Virus record (IMG/VR): IMGVR_UViG_3300025674_007358
Span: 1-47,848 of that record
Length of the DNA: 47,848 nt
Direction: 5' to 3' (one strand)
Source: a virus
Lineage: Duplodnaviria > Caudoviricetes
Part shown: in pieces, positions 7,554 to 17,990 of the stretch
How the letters are laid out: the number at the start of each line of letters is the position of its first letter
Numbering within the stretch: the stretch's first letter is position 1
The notes under the pieces: generated by a model
The model's input: only the letters and a program-made list of their open reading frames with translations
Told to the model about the DNA's origin: nothing
Databases searched by the model: none
Translations under genes and position numbers: made by a program

Positions 7554-9962
7554 ATGCTGTCTGATGAACAAATTCTAGCAAAAGCAGCCAAACTTTTAGA
7601 AAATTTAGACGAAGAATGGTCTAAGTCTGAAAGATCTAAGCGAAAAAGCAAATGCGACAACCCAAAAGGGTTTACAATGAAGCAATTTTGCAAAAATCAA
7701 CGCACAAGATCTAAAAAAGGCGAGAAAACTAACGAAACAATTGACCTTTATGAAGAAAAAGTGCTTCGCGAAGTTACCGAAGACGAAATGCGAGTGCTTG
7801 AAGACGTTTTAGACGACCTTGATCCAGCAAAACTGCCTTTAAATGACCTTTTTGGTGGTAAAATGCGTGTTGTTATACCGTTTCCAACGCTAGATCCCGA
7901 TTCAGACCTTGGAAAATTTGCAAAATTCTTCCGCGATCAAGAATATAAGGTAGATTGGGACAAAGGTATAGTCTCTGCCGAGCGAGATATACGAAATGGC
8001 GATGATTTGTTGAATTCTTTAATTGGCATCACCCAAGGACAGCCATCAGAGAAGAAAACCAAGAAAATTCAGATGAAAATTGGCAAATTATTCGCCAAAA
8101 TAGCCGATATTGGCAGAAAACTGAAAGAAATACAGAAAAATGACCCCGAATTTCAAAAAAATGAAGATTACAAGCGTCTAACACAACAAAGACTCTTATA
8201 TATTCCCAATCCCGGCATAGCTGGACCTGCGGGCTATGATTTAGAGGATTTAGCCACAAAATATGGTGAATACTGGCAGCAGAACGCCGCATACATCAAA
8301 AATAACATTAATGAGATTGATAATGACAAATATTCTATCATTATTAGCCGCCATCCAGTTGATATTCTCAGAATGAGCGACTTTGATAATATTACATCAT
8401 GCCACTCTCCAGCAAGTCGTTCAGGTGCCTACCAAGCATACTATAAATGCGCTGTAGCAGAAGCACAGGGTCATGGAGCCGTAGCATATGTGGTAGAGAC
8501 AGAAGATTTACTCTCGGAAACAAACACAGGCAATATTCAAAGCGCAGAACAAGAAATTCAAGAAGGTGAAGTCTTTTATGATGATAAAAGACCAATGGAA
8601 ACCGGAGATATACGTCCTATTTCTCGCACACGTATCCGTCATATGCGGTATTATGATACTCTTTCTCCAAAACGCTGGGATGATGGACAAGATATTGGTG
8701 TGCCAGAAAAACGTATTTATGGTGCTGCTATTCCGGGCATTAGAGAAAAAGTTGTTGATTGGGCAAGACAAACCCAAGAAGAAATCATTGCTAATATGCC
8801 AAAACAAGACGGCAAAATTGACTTAGATAGAGTTACTATGTTTGGTGGCTCTTATGAAGACACGTCTGGAACAACTGGACGCAGAGAACTTATGATGCAA
8901 CTAACGGGAATAACTGACGTTGATCAATTTGTAGGTTATATTGAACAAAACACCGAAACAGAAGATGAGTTAGACGCAGATTTACTTGGCGATATTCGCG
9001 CACAATATGAGCAAGAATGCAGCGAGATCGAAGAGAACTTTAATATGCGTATGGCTGCTTGCACTGTTAATTACGAAATTCAAGACGATGGTGATGATGG
9101 TGTTTATATTGTTGGTGGGGCTCAAATAAGAATTGTTTGGGACGCTGATGAATGGAGTAAACTTCCAAACTCGTGGGACAATGTTACTCAGCATTCGGTA
9201 AGTGCTATTAATGATATTTATGGTGATTTATTGTTGGACAATGTTTATCTGTCTATGGATCGAGGAAAAAACCAGATAGCGTGGGAATGTGCAATCAACA
9301 CAGAACACCCAGACTTAGGCGGAAGTTCATATTATGCACTTCCAGAAGAATTTCAAGAAATGTGTGAATCAGTTGATACAGTTGTTGACGACAAACGAGA
9401 TGCATTTGAAGAAATATTAACAAACTACTTTGCTCGCGAAGGATATATGCAAGGTGGCGCCTTTATTCAAATGGCTGTTGATATTGAAAACGGCGAGATC
9501 TCTTCATATGAATGGGATGTCGAAACCGATGGAGAATACGAAGATAGTTACGAAGTATATGCAAACCACTCACATTATTATGATCCAGAAGAATACAATA
9601 TCAATCCTGATGTATTAAACGATATTGTTGAGTCTCGCGACTTTAAAATTGCCTTGCGCAGTGCTTTGTTAGAATCACCACGAAAAGAAATAGATACACA
9701 ATATTTCTTACAAATGCGTTTAACAGCACAAGAAGTGGGAGGAGAAATCAAAGTTACCGTTACGTTTGTTACAAATCGTGATGAGCCTGACGAGATGACT
9801 GAATTATTTAAGACTCTTATCGAAGGTGAAATGGACGACGAAGATAATCTTAATGTAGTTTTCAAGAGAGTGTTGGCTCAATTTATAAAAGCACGCCAGC
9901 CGGCATTTATGCAAACAAACGAAAGCGTCGTTAAGAACTGGAAAAACTTCTTGGGCTCATGA
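7554..9962 (+). CDS. large acidic hypothetical protein (802 aa)
   Basis: Long ORF; N-terminal CDNPKGFTMKQFC module; internal ISRHPVDILRMSD..SCH; C-terminal NESVVKNWKNFL. Confidence 0.85.
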   Translation: MLSDEQILAKAAKLLENLDEEWSKSERSKRKSKCDNPKGFTMKQFCKNQRTRSKKGEKTNETIDLYEEKVLREVTEDEMRVLEDVLDDLDPAKLPLNDLFGGKMRVVIPFPTLDPDSDLGKFAKFFRDQEYKVDWDKGIVSAERDIRNGDDLLNSLIGITQGQPSEKKTKKIQMKIGKLFAKIADIGRKLKEIQKNDPEFQKNEDYKRLTQQRLLYIPNPGIAGPAGYDLEDLATKYGEYWQQNAAYIKNNINEIDNDKYSIIISRHPVDILRMSDFDNITSCHSPASRSGAYQAYYKCAVAEAQGHGAVAYVVETEDLLSETNTGNIQSAEQEIQEGEVFYDDKRPMETGDIRPISRTRIRHMRYYDTLSPKRWDDGQDIGVPEKRIYGAAIPGIREKVVDWARQTQEEIIANMPKQDGKIDLDRVTMFGGSYEDTSGTTGRRELMMQLTGITDVDQFVGYIEQNTETEDELDADLLGDIRAQYEQECSEIEENFNMRMAACTVNYEIQDDGDDGVYIVGGAQIRIVWDADEWSKLPNSWDNVTQHSVSAINDIYGDLLLDNVYLSMDRGKNQIAWECAINTEHPDLGGSSYYALPEEFQEMCESVDTVVDDKRDAFEEILTNYFAREGYMQGGAFIQMAVDIENGEISSYEWDVETDGEYEDSYEVYANHSHYYDPEEYNINPDVLNDIVESRDFKIALRSALLESPRKEIDTQYFLQMRLTAQEVGGEIKVTVTFVTNRDEPDEMTELFKTLIEGEMDDEDNLNVVFKRVLAQFIKARQPAFMQTNESVVKNWKNFLGS

Positions 9963-10201
9963 GCAAATACTTAAACAATCCCGAATATCTTTTCAACATT
10001 CTTACAATGTTAGTAAAGAAGTATGGCGGTAAGATAGTAATAACCGAAGAAGACATGAACAATATCTCCAAAGGAGATTTAATAGGCATGTATTATGAGC
10101 CAGAAACAAAAAGCCTCATACTTAAAGAAGTGGACCAAAAGGATATGCTCAAAGCGACTAATTTGGTTAACGATAAAATAGATGAGGAGTACGATAACTA
10201 A
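9959..10201 (+). CDS. hypothetical protein
   Basis: ATGA overlap with upstream stop. Confidence 0.7.
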   Translation: MSKYLNNPEYLFNILTMLVKKYGGKIVITEEDMNNISKGDLIGMYYEPETKSLILKEVDQKDMLKATNLVNDKIDEEYDN

Positions 10202-10446
10202 TGTTTAAGAAGTTTACGGAACACCCCGCAGAACAAGGGGAAACATATCTAGAACACATGGTGGCAGCGTGGAAGATAGTTTACGTTTTAAAGGTCTTGG
10301 AAGCAAAATGTCTTGTGCATTCTGTGTTTCCGTTCTTATATACAGATGCGCTTTCTAGCAAGATAGACTGCTTAACCAAACTAACAAACAGAAAATCACA
10401 AAAACAACAAGAACGTGATTTATATGAGGTGTATGGCGGTGATTGA
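10201..10446 (+). CDS. DUF6356-like protein
   Basis: FTEHPAEQGETYLEH...HSVFPFLYT signature (recognised from memory). Confidence 0.7.
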   Translation: MFKKFTEHPAEQGETYLEHMVAAWKIVYVLKVLEAKCLVHSVFPFLYTDALSSKIDCLTKLTNRKSQKQQERDLYEVYGGD

Positions 10447-10561
10447 TTTGCTCATCATTGGCTTTGCCTGTATGAGTTTGTTGGTTTTTGCTGCCACCCA
10501 AGATAAACACGAGAAAAAAGAAAATGTACAAATACAACGCGAAACTGATACGGGTAATTGA
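10433..10561 (+). CDS. small membrane peptide (42 aa; not in ORF track)
   Basis: GAGGT SD; MAVIDLLIIGFACMSLLVFAATQDKHEKKENVQIQRETDTGN. Confidence 0.45.
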   Translation: MAVIDLLIIGFACMSLLVFAATQDKHEKKENVQIQRETDTGN

Positions 10562-10856
10562 TGGCGATACCATCGATGCGCTCATAGACTTAGGTTTTGA
10601 TGTGTGGATTAAGAAGCGCATTCGATTATATGGTATTAACACGCCAGAAACCCGCACTAGAGACCTCGAAGAGAAAAAGGCAGGGTTAGCCGCAGAAGAA
10701 AGGTTAATCGAGATTCTGTGGGAATCTGGCAATGAATTTGTTTTAGAGTCTCACGGAGTTGGAAAATACGGAAGATGTTTGGGGGTACTATTTATCGGTG
10801 AAACCAACATTAACACTCTTTTATTAAGTGAGGGTTTGGCGGAGGAATATAAATGA
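10524..10856 (+). CDS. thermonuclease (SNase-like)
   Basis: RVIDGDTID...IRLYGINTPE...GKYGRCLG...NTLLLSEGLA; start re-called to ATG 10524. Confidence 0.9.
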   Translation: MYKYNAKLIRVIDGDTIDALIDLGFDVWIKKRIRLYGINTPETRTRDLEEKKAGLAAEERLIEILWESGNEFVLESHGVGKYGRCLGVLFIGETNINTLLLSEGLAEEYK

Positions 10857-11119
10857 AATTTTTCGTATCATTCTTTGCAACATTTTTGTTATTGCTTTTT
10901 TTGTCCAGCATCGCTGAGGCTAATGATGAAGAAGAACCAAAGGTTGTTTATAAAAAGAAAACTGAAATTGACTTTGAAGGTGTAGAAGTTGAAGGAACTC
11001 TAACAAAACCACAAGGGTCCTTGCTTTTAGAACGAAAACATGCTAAATTTAATCCTATGATTAAGTTGCGCACTGACTTTGACGATGAGATGGAACAATC
11101 TGTAAAGGAAGTAAAATGA
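10853..11119 (+). CDS. cglF: adventurous gliding motility protein CglF/GltF-like, secreted
   Basis: Signal peptide ending AEA; YKKKTEIDFEGVEVEGTLTKPQGSLLLERKHAKFNPMIKLRTDFDDEM matches the remembered CglF pattern (IDF...IEG.L.KP...R...F..LI..R..F..E). Confidence 0.75.
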   Translation: MKFFVSFFATFLLLLFLSSIAEANDEEEPKVVYKKKTEIDFEGVEVEGTLTKPQGSLLLERKHAKFNPMIKLRTDFDDEMEQSVKEVK

Positions 11120-11585
11120 AACTCCTACTTGAAAATTGGCGATTATATGTGGAATCACGTAAAAATGCAGTACGGATTCTTGATAATATACCTCGCTGGT
11201 CTATTGTACAAATGGGAGATGATCTGTTTTGGTTCTCCGGCACAAGTTTTACTCCCCTAGATCATATAGATATAGGTACCGGCGACGGAACTGCTGAAAG
11301 ATCGGCTCGGGACTGGCCGGGAGGAGTGATCCACATGAAAAGAGCAGAAATGCTTGATAACATAGAAGAGAATCCTAATTGGATAAAGGTGGTTTTAGAT
11401 CCCACCCAAGCAGAACAGATAATGTCTCAATTTAAATCACTTCGAGACCAAATAGAAAAAGATTATCTTAGCCGCGGCTGGAGGGGATATATGTTCACCG
11501 ACGAATACAAAAGAGATCATCCAGTCAATATTGATCTAAGCAGCTTAAAAGTTGAGCTAAAATGAAACTCCTACTTGAAAATTGG
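11112..11585 (+). repeat. 28-bp direct repeat spanning two gene starts
   Basis: TAAAATGAAACTCCTACTTGAAAATTGG at 11112-11139 and 11558-11585. Confidence 0.95.
11116..11565 (+). CDS. hypothetical protein with MKLLLENWR leader
   Basis: 149-aa ORF with ATGA overlaps at both ends. Confidence 0.75.
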   Translation: MKLLLENWRLYVESRKNAVRILDNIPRWSIVQMGDDLFWFSGTSFTPLDHIDIGTGDGTAERSARDWPGGVIHMKRAEMLDNIEENPNWIKVVLDPTQAEQIMSQFKSLRDQIEKDYLSRGWRGYMFTDEYKRDHPVNIDLSSLKVELK

Positions 11586-12167
11586 AGAAACTACATTTTA
11601 TTAGAAAACATTGAAACTGCTTCTAGACTTTCTATTTTTGATTTCGATGAAACGATTGCATTTACAACTGGATATATCAATGTTATCAATAAAGAAACTG
11701 GTAAGAAATTTCAAATTACCTCTCAAGAAGAATTTGATGAGTTGAAGACTGCTGGTGGTTATGAGTTTGACTTTTCACCGTTGGCTAAGGTAAACAACGC
11801 AGTAGAAAATCCAAACATAACCTCTATTATGCGTGATAGACTTAAAGATCCAAACACACAAGTCATGGTGCTGACTGCAAGAGATCCTGTGTCGGTTGAC
11901 GATATCCATATGACTTTACAAATGTTTGATAAACCAATGGATACTAAAAACGTTATCATTATTGGTAATAGTGGCGGCAATAAAGGCGAATACATCAGAG
12001 ATCTTGTGTTACCAAAATACAATAACATCAAAACAATAGAATTCTACGACGACTCAGATAAAAATATTAGCGACATGCTTGAACTAAAAAAAGAAACATC
12101 TGATAGTGGGCGTATTGAAAACTTCGACATTTATCACGTAGTCGAAGGAAAGCCAAATTTAAGCTAG
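11562..12167 (+). CDS. HAD-superfamily phosphatase-like protein with MKLLLENWR leader
   Basis: Motif I FDFDETI, motif II LTAR, motif III K (GNKG), motif IV FYDDSDKN. Confidence 0.8.
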   Translation: MKLLLENWRNYILLENIETASRLSIFDFDETIAFTTGYINVINKETGKKFQITSQEEFDELKTAGGYEFDFSPLAKVNNAVENPNITSIMRDRLKDPNTQVMVLTARDPVSVDDIHMTLQMFDKPMDTKNVIIIGNSGGNKGEYIRDLVLPKYNNIKTIEFYDDSDKNISDMLELKKETSDSGRIENFDIYHVVEGKPNLS

Positions 12168-12202
12168 CAGCGTCACTACTTATAGGCAGGGAGAAACGCC
12201 TT

Positions 12203-12526
12203 ATGAACACCAACAATGGATGGGAAACCTACTCAAAGTTAGTCTTACAACAACTTGAAACCATGGCTAGTGGTATCGAGTCTCTGCGTACAGAATTACA
12301 AGATGTTAAAGAGCAGTTAACTGAACTAAAAGCCAAGGAAGATCGCGTACAAGATCTCAAGGCTTGGAAAGAAAAGATGGATGATGTTGCTTCTCCCCCA
12401 CAACTTAGAGAAGCACTTTTTGAACTTCAAGAGTTGAAAACCTTCAAGACAAGAGCAACCACAATATTCATGGTCGTACAAGCAGCAGTCGGTTTTGCTA
12501 TGGCTTGGATCATGGAATTGTTTTAG
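12203..12526 (+). CDS. coiled-coil protein with C-terminal TM helix
   Basis: Heptad pattern, then IFMVVQAAVGFAMAWIM. Confidence 0.7.
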   Translation: MNTNNGWETYSKLVLQQLETMASGIESLRTELQDVKEQLTELKAKEDRVQDLKAWKEKMDDVASPPQLREALFELQELKTFKTRATTIFMVVQAAVGFAMAWIMELF

Positions 12527-12616
12527 TTTTTAAACGTTTCTTCAATAATACGTCTTTATTGTTTTCGGTGAGTAACTGTAATAATAAATGTACGTAATAG
12601 CCTCATAGTTACTTTG

Positions 12617-12907
12617 ATGGCTGCTTCTAGAGAATACATAAAAGACTTCATAACAAGAGTTATAAAATATATTGGTGGTGACTTTGACGAAGACGACGAG
12701 ATCATCCCAGAGTATGGTATTGTCGGTTCTGGTCTTTTGTATTGTTCTGAGTACGGAACTAGAAATTTCGTGAAAGTTTCTCGCGGTCAAAAGGCTTGGG
12801 TCATTGATGACGAAAAAGATGATTTAGATAGAATTTTAATTTACACACAGTGTGGTAAAATAGTTAGAATAAACCATGAAGAAGTTATATACACTGGGTG
12901 TGATTAA
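12617..12907 (+). CDS. hypothetical protein, possibly SH3-like C-terminal half
   Basis: ATAGTTA 12605-12611 five nt before ATG 12617. Confidence 0.65.
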   Translation: MAASREYIKDFITRVIKYIGGDFDEDDEIIPEYGIVGSGLLYCSEYGTRNFVKVSRGQKAWVIDDEKDDLDRILIYTQCGKIVRINHEEVIYTGCD

Positions 12908-13059
12908 TGCTTTTTACATTTAATAAATTCTGGAAAACTTTATTTTCTCTTATCCTTGCTTGGGTATCTTGCCATTTTATAGGTTTCGAACTTACCGCCA
13001 TATCATTATTGACATTAATATTAAATAAAAATACACATGACACAGAGCATCTCGTGTAA
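12907..13059 (+). CDS. small two-TM protein (50 aa; not in ORF track)
   Basis: TAATG overlap; MLFTFNKFWKTLFSLILAWVSCHFIGFELTAISLLTLIL... Confidence 0.5.
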   Translation: MLFTFNKFWKTLFSLILAWVSCHFIGFELTAISLLTLILNKNTHDTEHLV

Positions 13060-13076
13060 ATGAGTCTATTTATGGC

Positions 13077-13268
13077 GTGGCTAAATCAAAAACAACGAAA
13101 GGCGATTCGTCTGTTGAGGGCGTTTATCTCGTCAGGCATCTTGTAGATTCTGAGAAAGGAAAAGTTTCTCAAGTCGGGCCGTTTCATAATGAGAAAGAAG
13201 CACTAAATACTTGTGTGCATTTCTTGAAAAAAGGAACGTGCTCTTGGCTTGTGAGATGTGATGGATGA
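13077..13268 (+). CDS. hypothetical protein
   Basis: CTATTTA 13066-13072 before GTG; QVGPFHNEKEA segment. Confidence 0.6.
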   Translation: MAKSKTTKGDSSVEGVYLVRHLVDSEKGKVSQVGPFHNEKEALNTCVHFLKKGTCSWLVRCDG

Positions 13269-13506
13269 AAAACAAGGTTTTGGCGAACTAACGGCTGAAG
13301 ATTTTGAAGCGGGTGACATAGTTGAGTGGTCTACTTGGGATCAAGAACTTGAACAATGGAATACTCACTATGGTATAATAGTGAGAACAGAGAACAGAAT
13401 ACAGTCTAACAGGGTTGTCTCTATATCTAAAGTTATCCCTATTAATGGTCCTCAAATAGAAAGAGAGTTTTTCACATTGACGCTCAAATTAGTAAATAAA
13501 CTTTGA
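13258..13506 (+). CDS. SH3/KOW-like small protein
   Basis: FEAGDIVEW...YGIIV pattern. Confidence 0.6.
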   Translation: MMDEKQGFGELTAEDFEAGDIVEWSTWDQELEQWNTHYGIIVRTENRIQSNRVVSISKVIPINGPQIEREFFTLTLKLVNKL

Positions 13507-13542
13507 GAAACTATTTATATTGATTCTGCTGAGCTTTTTTCG

Positions 13543-14580
<1,038 letters not shown>

Positions 14581-14675
14581 GACGATGACTGGTAAATATA
14601 AAAATCGAACTTAAAAAGATTCGAAATACATTTATCAGACGACTTCTACTATTAGAAATAAACGAGGATAAACCA

Positions 14676-14927
14676 ATGTCATTAGACAAACAGTGGAGAG
14701 ATTTTCTTAACGAGAGTGCAGATGATAAAAACATCTTTACCTATATTCAGGGTCTCCAAGAAATAATTTCCAATCTAAAACCAAAGACCGTTGCAGAACA
14801 GCGCCGACTTCAGTTGGCTAAGCAGCATTTGCGCGAAGTGAAGAGATTCGCTCGACGAATGGAAAATGATATTGGTGTGCTTCAAGAAAAGCTTAATATT
14901 CTAGAAGAATCAGCAGGAAAAGAATAA
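14676..14927 (+). CDS. coiled-coil hypothetical protein with WRDFLNE leader
   Basis: GAGG SD; MSLDKQWRDFLNES. Confidence 0.75.
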   Translation: MSLDKQWRDFLNESADDKNIFTYIQGLQEIISNLKPKTVAEQRRLQLAKQHLREVKRFARRMENDIGVLQEKLNILEESAGKE

Positions 14928-16930
14928 TGGGCGGTGTTGCAGGACATATGGCTCATTTGTCGGAAGATACCGACTTAACGTTCAAAGAAATTGTTGATAT
15001 CCTCGGTAAAGTAGCAAATGCAGAAATAAAAAATGCAACAGAAAAAGTTGACGGTCAGAATTTGTTTCTGACCGTTGACAATTCTGGTGAAATTAAAACA
15101 GCAAGAAACAGCGGTGATATCAAGAAAGGTGGTATGACCACAGATGAGTATATCAGTAAGTGGATAGGTCACCCAGCAGAAAATGCCTTTACAAACGGTT
15201 TTAAGGCGGTCTCAGCGGCTTTACGCAAGTTAAGCCCCGAGGATATAGAGGCTATCTTTGCGGACGGTCAGAGGTACGTTAACATGGAGATAATGTATCC
15301 TAAGAATCCAAACATCATTCTTTACTCTACTCCAAACATCGTTCTTCATGGCTTGCAATATTTTGGTGATGAAGAAGAAACACCAGAAATGCGTCAACAA
15401 ACCAAAAGCAAGTTTGTAAAACTTGCCGGCATGATTGATGGCGCCACTGAACAAGTAGGCGAAGAAGAGTGGAGCGTTAATGGTCCAAAACTGGTCGCAT
15501 TAAAAAATATTGCTGATGGTTCTGCTCTTAAAGACGTTACATCTAAAATCGAGTCATTTGCCGCTCCTGTTGGAATGGATGCAACCATTGGTGACTACGT
15601 AAAACTTGTTGTAGAGCAATATGCTGATTCCGTAGGCTTACCACAAGATGTAACTGAAAAATTGACTACACTTATGCTCGATCCTGAAAAAGCAAAAGAA
15701 CAGGGCATATCTGTCGTACAGTTAAAGAAAGGTTTACCAAAAGAGTTACAAAACACTGTCTCTAACCTTGGCTCTAAAACAAAGACCATGAAGTATATTT
15801 CTAGTGTTCTGAAGCCTCTTGAAGTTGCTATTAGTGATTTTGCTATTGAAGTTCTTCGAGGCGTAAAAAGCTATTTTGTTTCAGACAACGATAAAGAAGT
15901 AGCACGCATGAGAGCAGAATTAGAACAGTCTATCGCTTATCTTAAAAACCTTCAAGCATCCGGTGATGAAAAAATGGGTGAGTTGGTCGATCAACAACTT
16001 GCAAAACTTGGAGACATTGAAAACCTTGCTTCTTCAATGGAAGGTGTAGTATTCGAATACCCACCCGGCTCTGATAAGATCTATAAATTAACTGGTGCGT
16101 TTGCCATGGCTAATCAAATTATTGGTCGAGCCAGACGTTCAGGTATGACTGAGGAAATGGAAGAAGATCCAGTTGCAGAAGTCAGTCGTCCTAAGACAGT
16201 AGCTGTTGTTCCCGGCGCATTTAAGCCGCCTCACAAGGGGCATCTAGATATGGTGCGGAAATATGCTGATATGGCAGATGAAGTTGTAGTAATCATTTCT
16301 AAGCCAACTAAACAGGGTCGATATTTACCAGATGGAACAGAAATAACTTCTGAAGATTCTCTCAAAATATGGCAAACGCTTGCTGCTGGTTTATCTAATG
16401 TTCGAATTGAAGCTTCGAAAGACCATGCTTCACCCGTGACTGCTGCATATGACTTTATTGGCGATAAGGGTCCACTAAATATTGGTGATACAGTCATTTT
16501 AGGCGCCAGCACAAAAGATGATGATTGGAAAAGATGGCTCAGTGCCAAACAATATGTTAAAGATGGAGTAAAACTTATAGATCCCGAGAGATCCGCTGTA
16601 TCTCCTACAACACGCCCTAGCGGAGAGCCATATAGCGCAACTGCATTTAGGAACGCTCTTGGTGGTGCCACAGAAAATCGTGCTGAAATAGCTGATTTTG
16701 TTGGCGAAGAGAACGTAGACACTGTATTAGATATACTTGGTCTCTCAGCAGTTGAAGAAATGTCCGGTGCAGGAGGAGGCGCCGGCGCCGGTCTTACCGG
16801 GGCACCAGTCCCTTTGGCATATGGGTCGGCTAGACCCAAGAAAAAAAGAAGTAAACAAAAGGAATATATCGATTTAAGTTTGATTGATGAAGTTATTGAA
16901 CTAATTATGAAAAGAGGCATTACAAAATGA
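14927..16930 (+). CDS. fusion of an ATP-dependent ligase-like (KxDG) domain and an HxGH nucleotidyltransferase domain
   Basis: EKVDGQN...ARN...NMEIMY...EGVVF...YKLTG; then VVPGAFKPPHKGHLDMV and YSATAFRNAL. Confidence 0.7.
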   Translation: MGGVAGHMAHLSEDTDLTFKEIVDILGKVANAEIKNATEKVDGQNLFLTVDNSGEIKTARNSGDIKKGGMTTDEYISKWIGHPAENAFTNGFKAVSAALRKLSPEDIEAIFADGQRYVNMEIMYPKNPNIILYSTPNIVLHGLQYFGDEEETPEMRQQTKSKFVKLAGMIDGATEQVGEEEWSVNGPKLVALKNIADGSALKDVTSKIESFAAPVGMDATIGDYVKLVVEQYADSVGLPQDVTEKLTTLMLDPEKAKEQGISVVQLKKGLPKELQNTVSNLGSKTKTMKYISSVLKPLEVAISDFAIEVLRGVKSYFVSDNDKEVARMRAELEQSIAYLKNLQASGDEKMGELVDQQLAKLGDIENLASSMEGVVFEYPPGSDKIYKLTGAFAMANQIIGRARRSGMTEEMEEDPVAEVSRPKTVAVVPGAFKPPHKGHLDMVRKYADMADEVVVIISKPTKQGRYLPDGTEITSEDSLKIWQTLAAGLSNVRIEASKDHASPVTAAYDFIGDKGPLNIGDTVILGASTKDDDWKRWLSAKQYVKDGVKLIDPERSAVSPTTRPSGEPYSATAFRNALGGATENRAEIADFVGEENVDTVLDILGLSAVEEMSGAGGGAGAGLTGAPVPLAYGSARPKKKRSKQKEYIDLSLIDEVIELIMKRGITK

Positions 16931-17691
16931 ATTCGAATGAAGAAACCATTCTCAGAGAAAGTATAAGATCTATTATAAGACATGTCAAGTCAAAAAGACT
17001 TGATGAAGAAAAAGAATTACGTCAGATCATTCAAAAAATGATGGACTTTGATTTGCTCGAAGCCCAAACACCAGATGTCGATCCATCACCAAACAAGTCA
17101 ACTGGTATTAACGTACTTGAGGATCTACTCAAGAAGATTATACCCATTCTGGAAATCGATTACAAGTCTCTGACTACAAGTTCTGAACAGAGAGACTCTT
17201 ATCGAGCGCACGTTCTTAATGCTGTTGAGAACTCTTTAACACCCGCTAAGTTGAACAACCAAGCTGGTGAAGAAGAAGCTGCTAGCCTTGAAGAAATAGA
17301 TATTACAGTTGGTGATGATGCCGGCGAAGATAAATTTATCGACATTCGCACTGACGCTGAAAAGGCTGCTGACGAAGAAAAAGAAGAAGCAGACCCTCGT
17401 GATTCTTTTGGAGCCGGTGTTGATGGAGACGAAACTGGTCGTAATATGGCTTATCAGTCTTATAAAAAGGTTGAAAGCAATATCATTGACTCATATGAAC
17501 TTCTTGCGAACCCTGAAGACCAAGAATTATTTTTTGATTACTTGATCGCAAACCTTAAGTTGTATTTTGAAAAGTTCGAAGAAGAATTAGCCAGCGAGTT
17601 GCCGGAACCAACCAACCAAGCATATGATATGGCTAAACAAGAACAGCCGGCTGATCAAGCTGGTCCTGACGATATTGAATTAGATTTATAA
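16927..17691 (+). CDS. acidic hypothetical protein
   Basis: ATGA overlap; ILRESIRSII and LRQIIQKMM leader. Confidence 0.8.
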   Translation: MNSNEETILRESIRSIIRHVKSKRLDEEKELRQIIQKMMDFDLLEAQTPDVDPSPNKSTGINVLEDLLKKIIPILEIDYKSLTTSSEQRDSYRAHVLNAVENSLTPAKLNNQAGEEEAASLEEIDITVGDDAGEDKFIDIRTDAEKAADEEKEEADPRDSFGAGVDGDETGRNMAYQSYKKVESNIIDSYELLANPEDQELFFDYLIANLKLYFEKFEEELASELPEPTNQAYDMAKQEQPADQAGPDDIELDL

Positions 17692-17701
17692 CGGAAAATA
17701 C

Positions 17702-17914
17702 ATGACTCTGCCAACTGAATCCTTGGAACAATTATTAGAAGATAACTTGTATGCGATTGATGCTGAATCGATTGAAGATGACGAAGAACTAGACGATGAC
17801 ATCAAAGAGGATGCGCTCGAAACTATTCGAGACCGAGCACAAAAAATATCACTAGCAATTCAAGAATACATTGAAGCCAAGCTAACACAGTATGGTGTAG
17901 AGAGATCTGAATAA
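17702..17914 (+). CDS. small acidic hypothetical protein
   Basis: 70-aa ORF. Confidence 0.65.
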   Translation: MTLPTESLEQLLEDNLYAIDAESIEDDEELDDDIKEDALETIRDRAQKISLAIQEYIEAKLTQYGVERSE

Positions 17915-17929
17915 TTTCATAATTTTAAT

Positions 17930-17958
17930 TTGACAGTTTTCAGAATCACCATTATACT
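17930..17958 (+). promoter_or_regulatory. sigma70-type promoter
   Basis: TTGACA 17930-17935, 17 nt, TATACT 17953-17958. Confidence 0.8.
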
Positions 17959-17990
17959 CAGAATGTGTTCTGCATGTGATAGTTAATTAA

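Noticed and set aside
16231-16983. 250-aa minus-strand ORF, and the other minus-strand ORFs in the track
   Set aside because: They lie opposite well-supported + strand genes and show no recognisable motifs; the window appears unidirectional.
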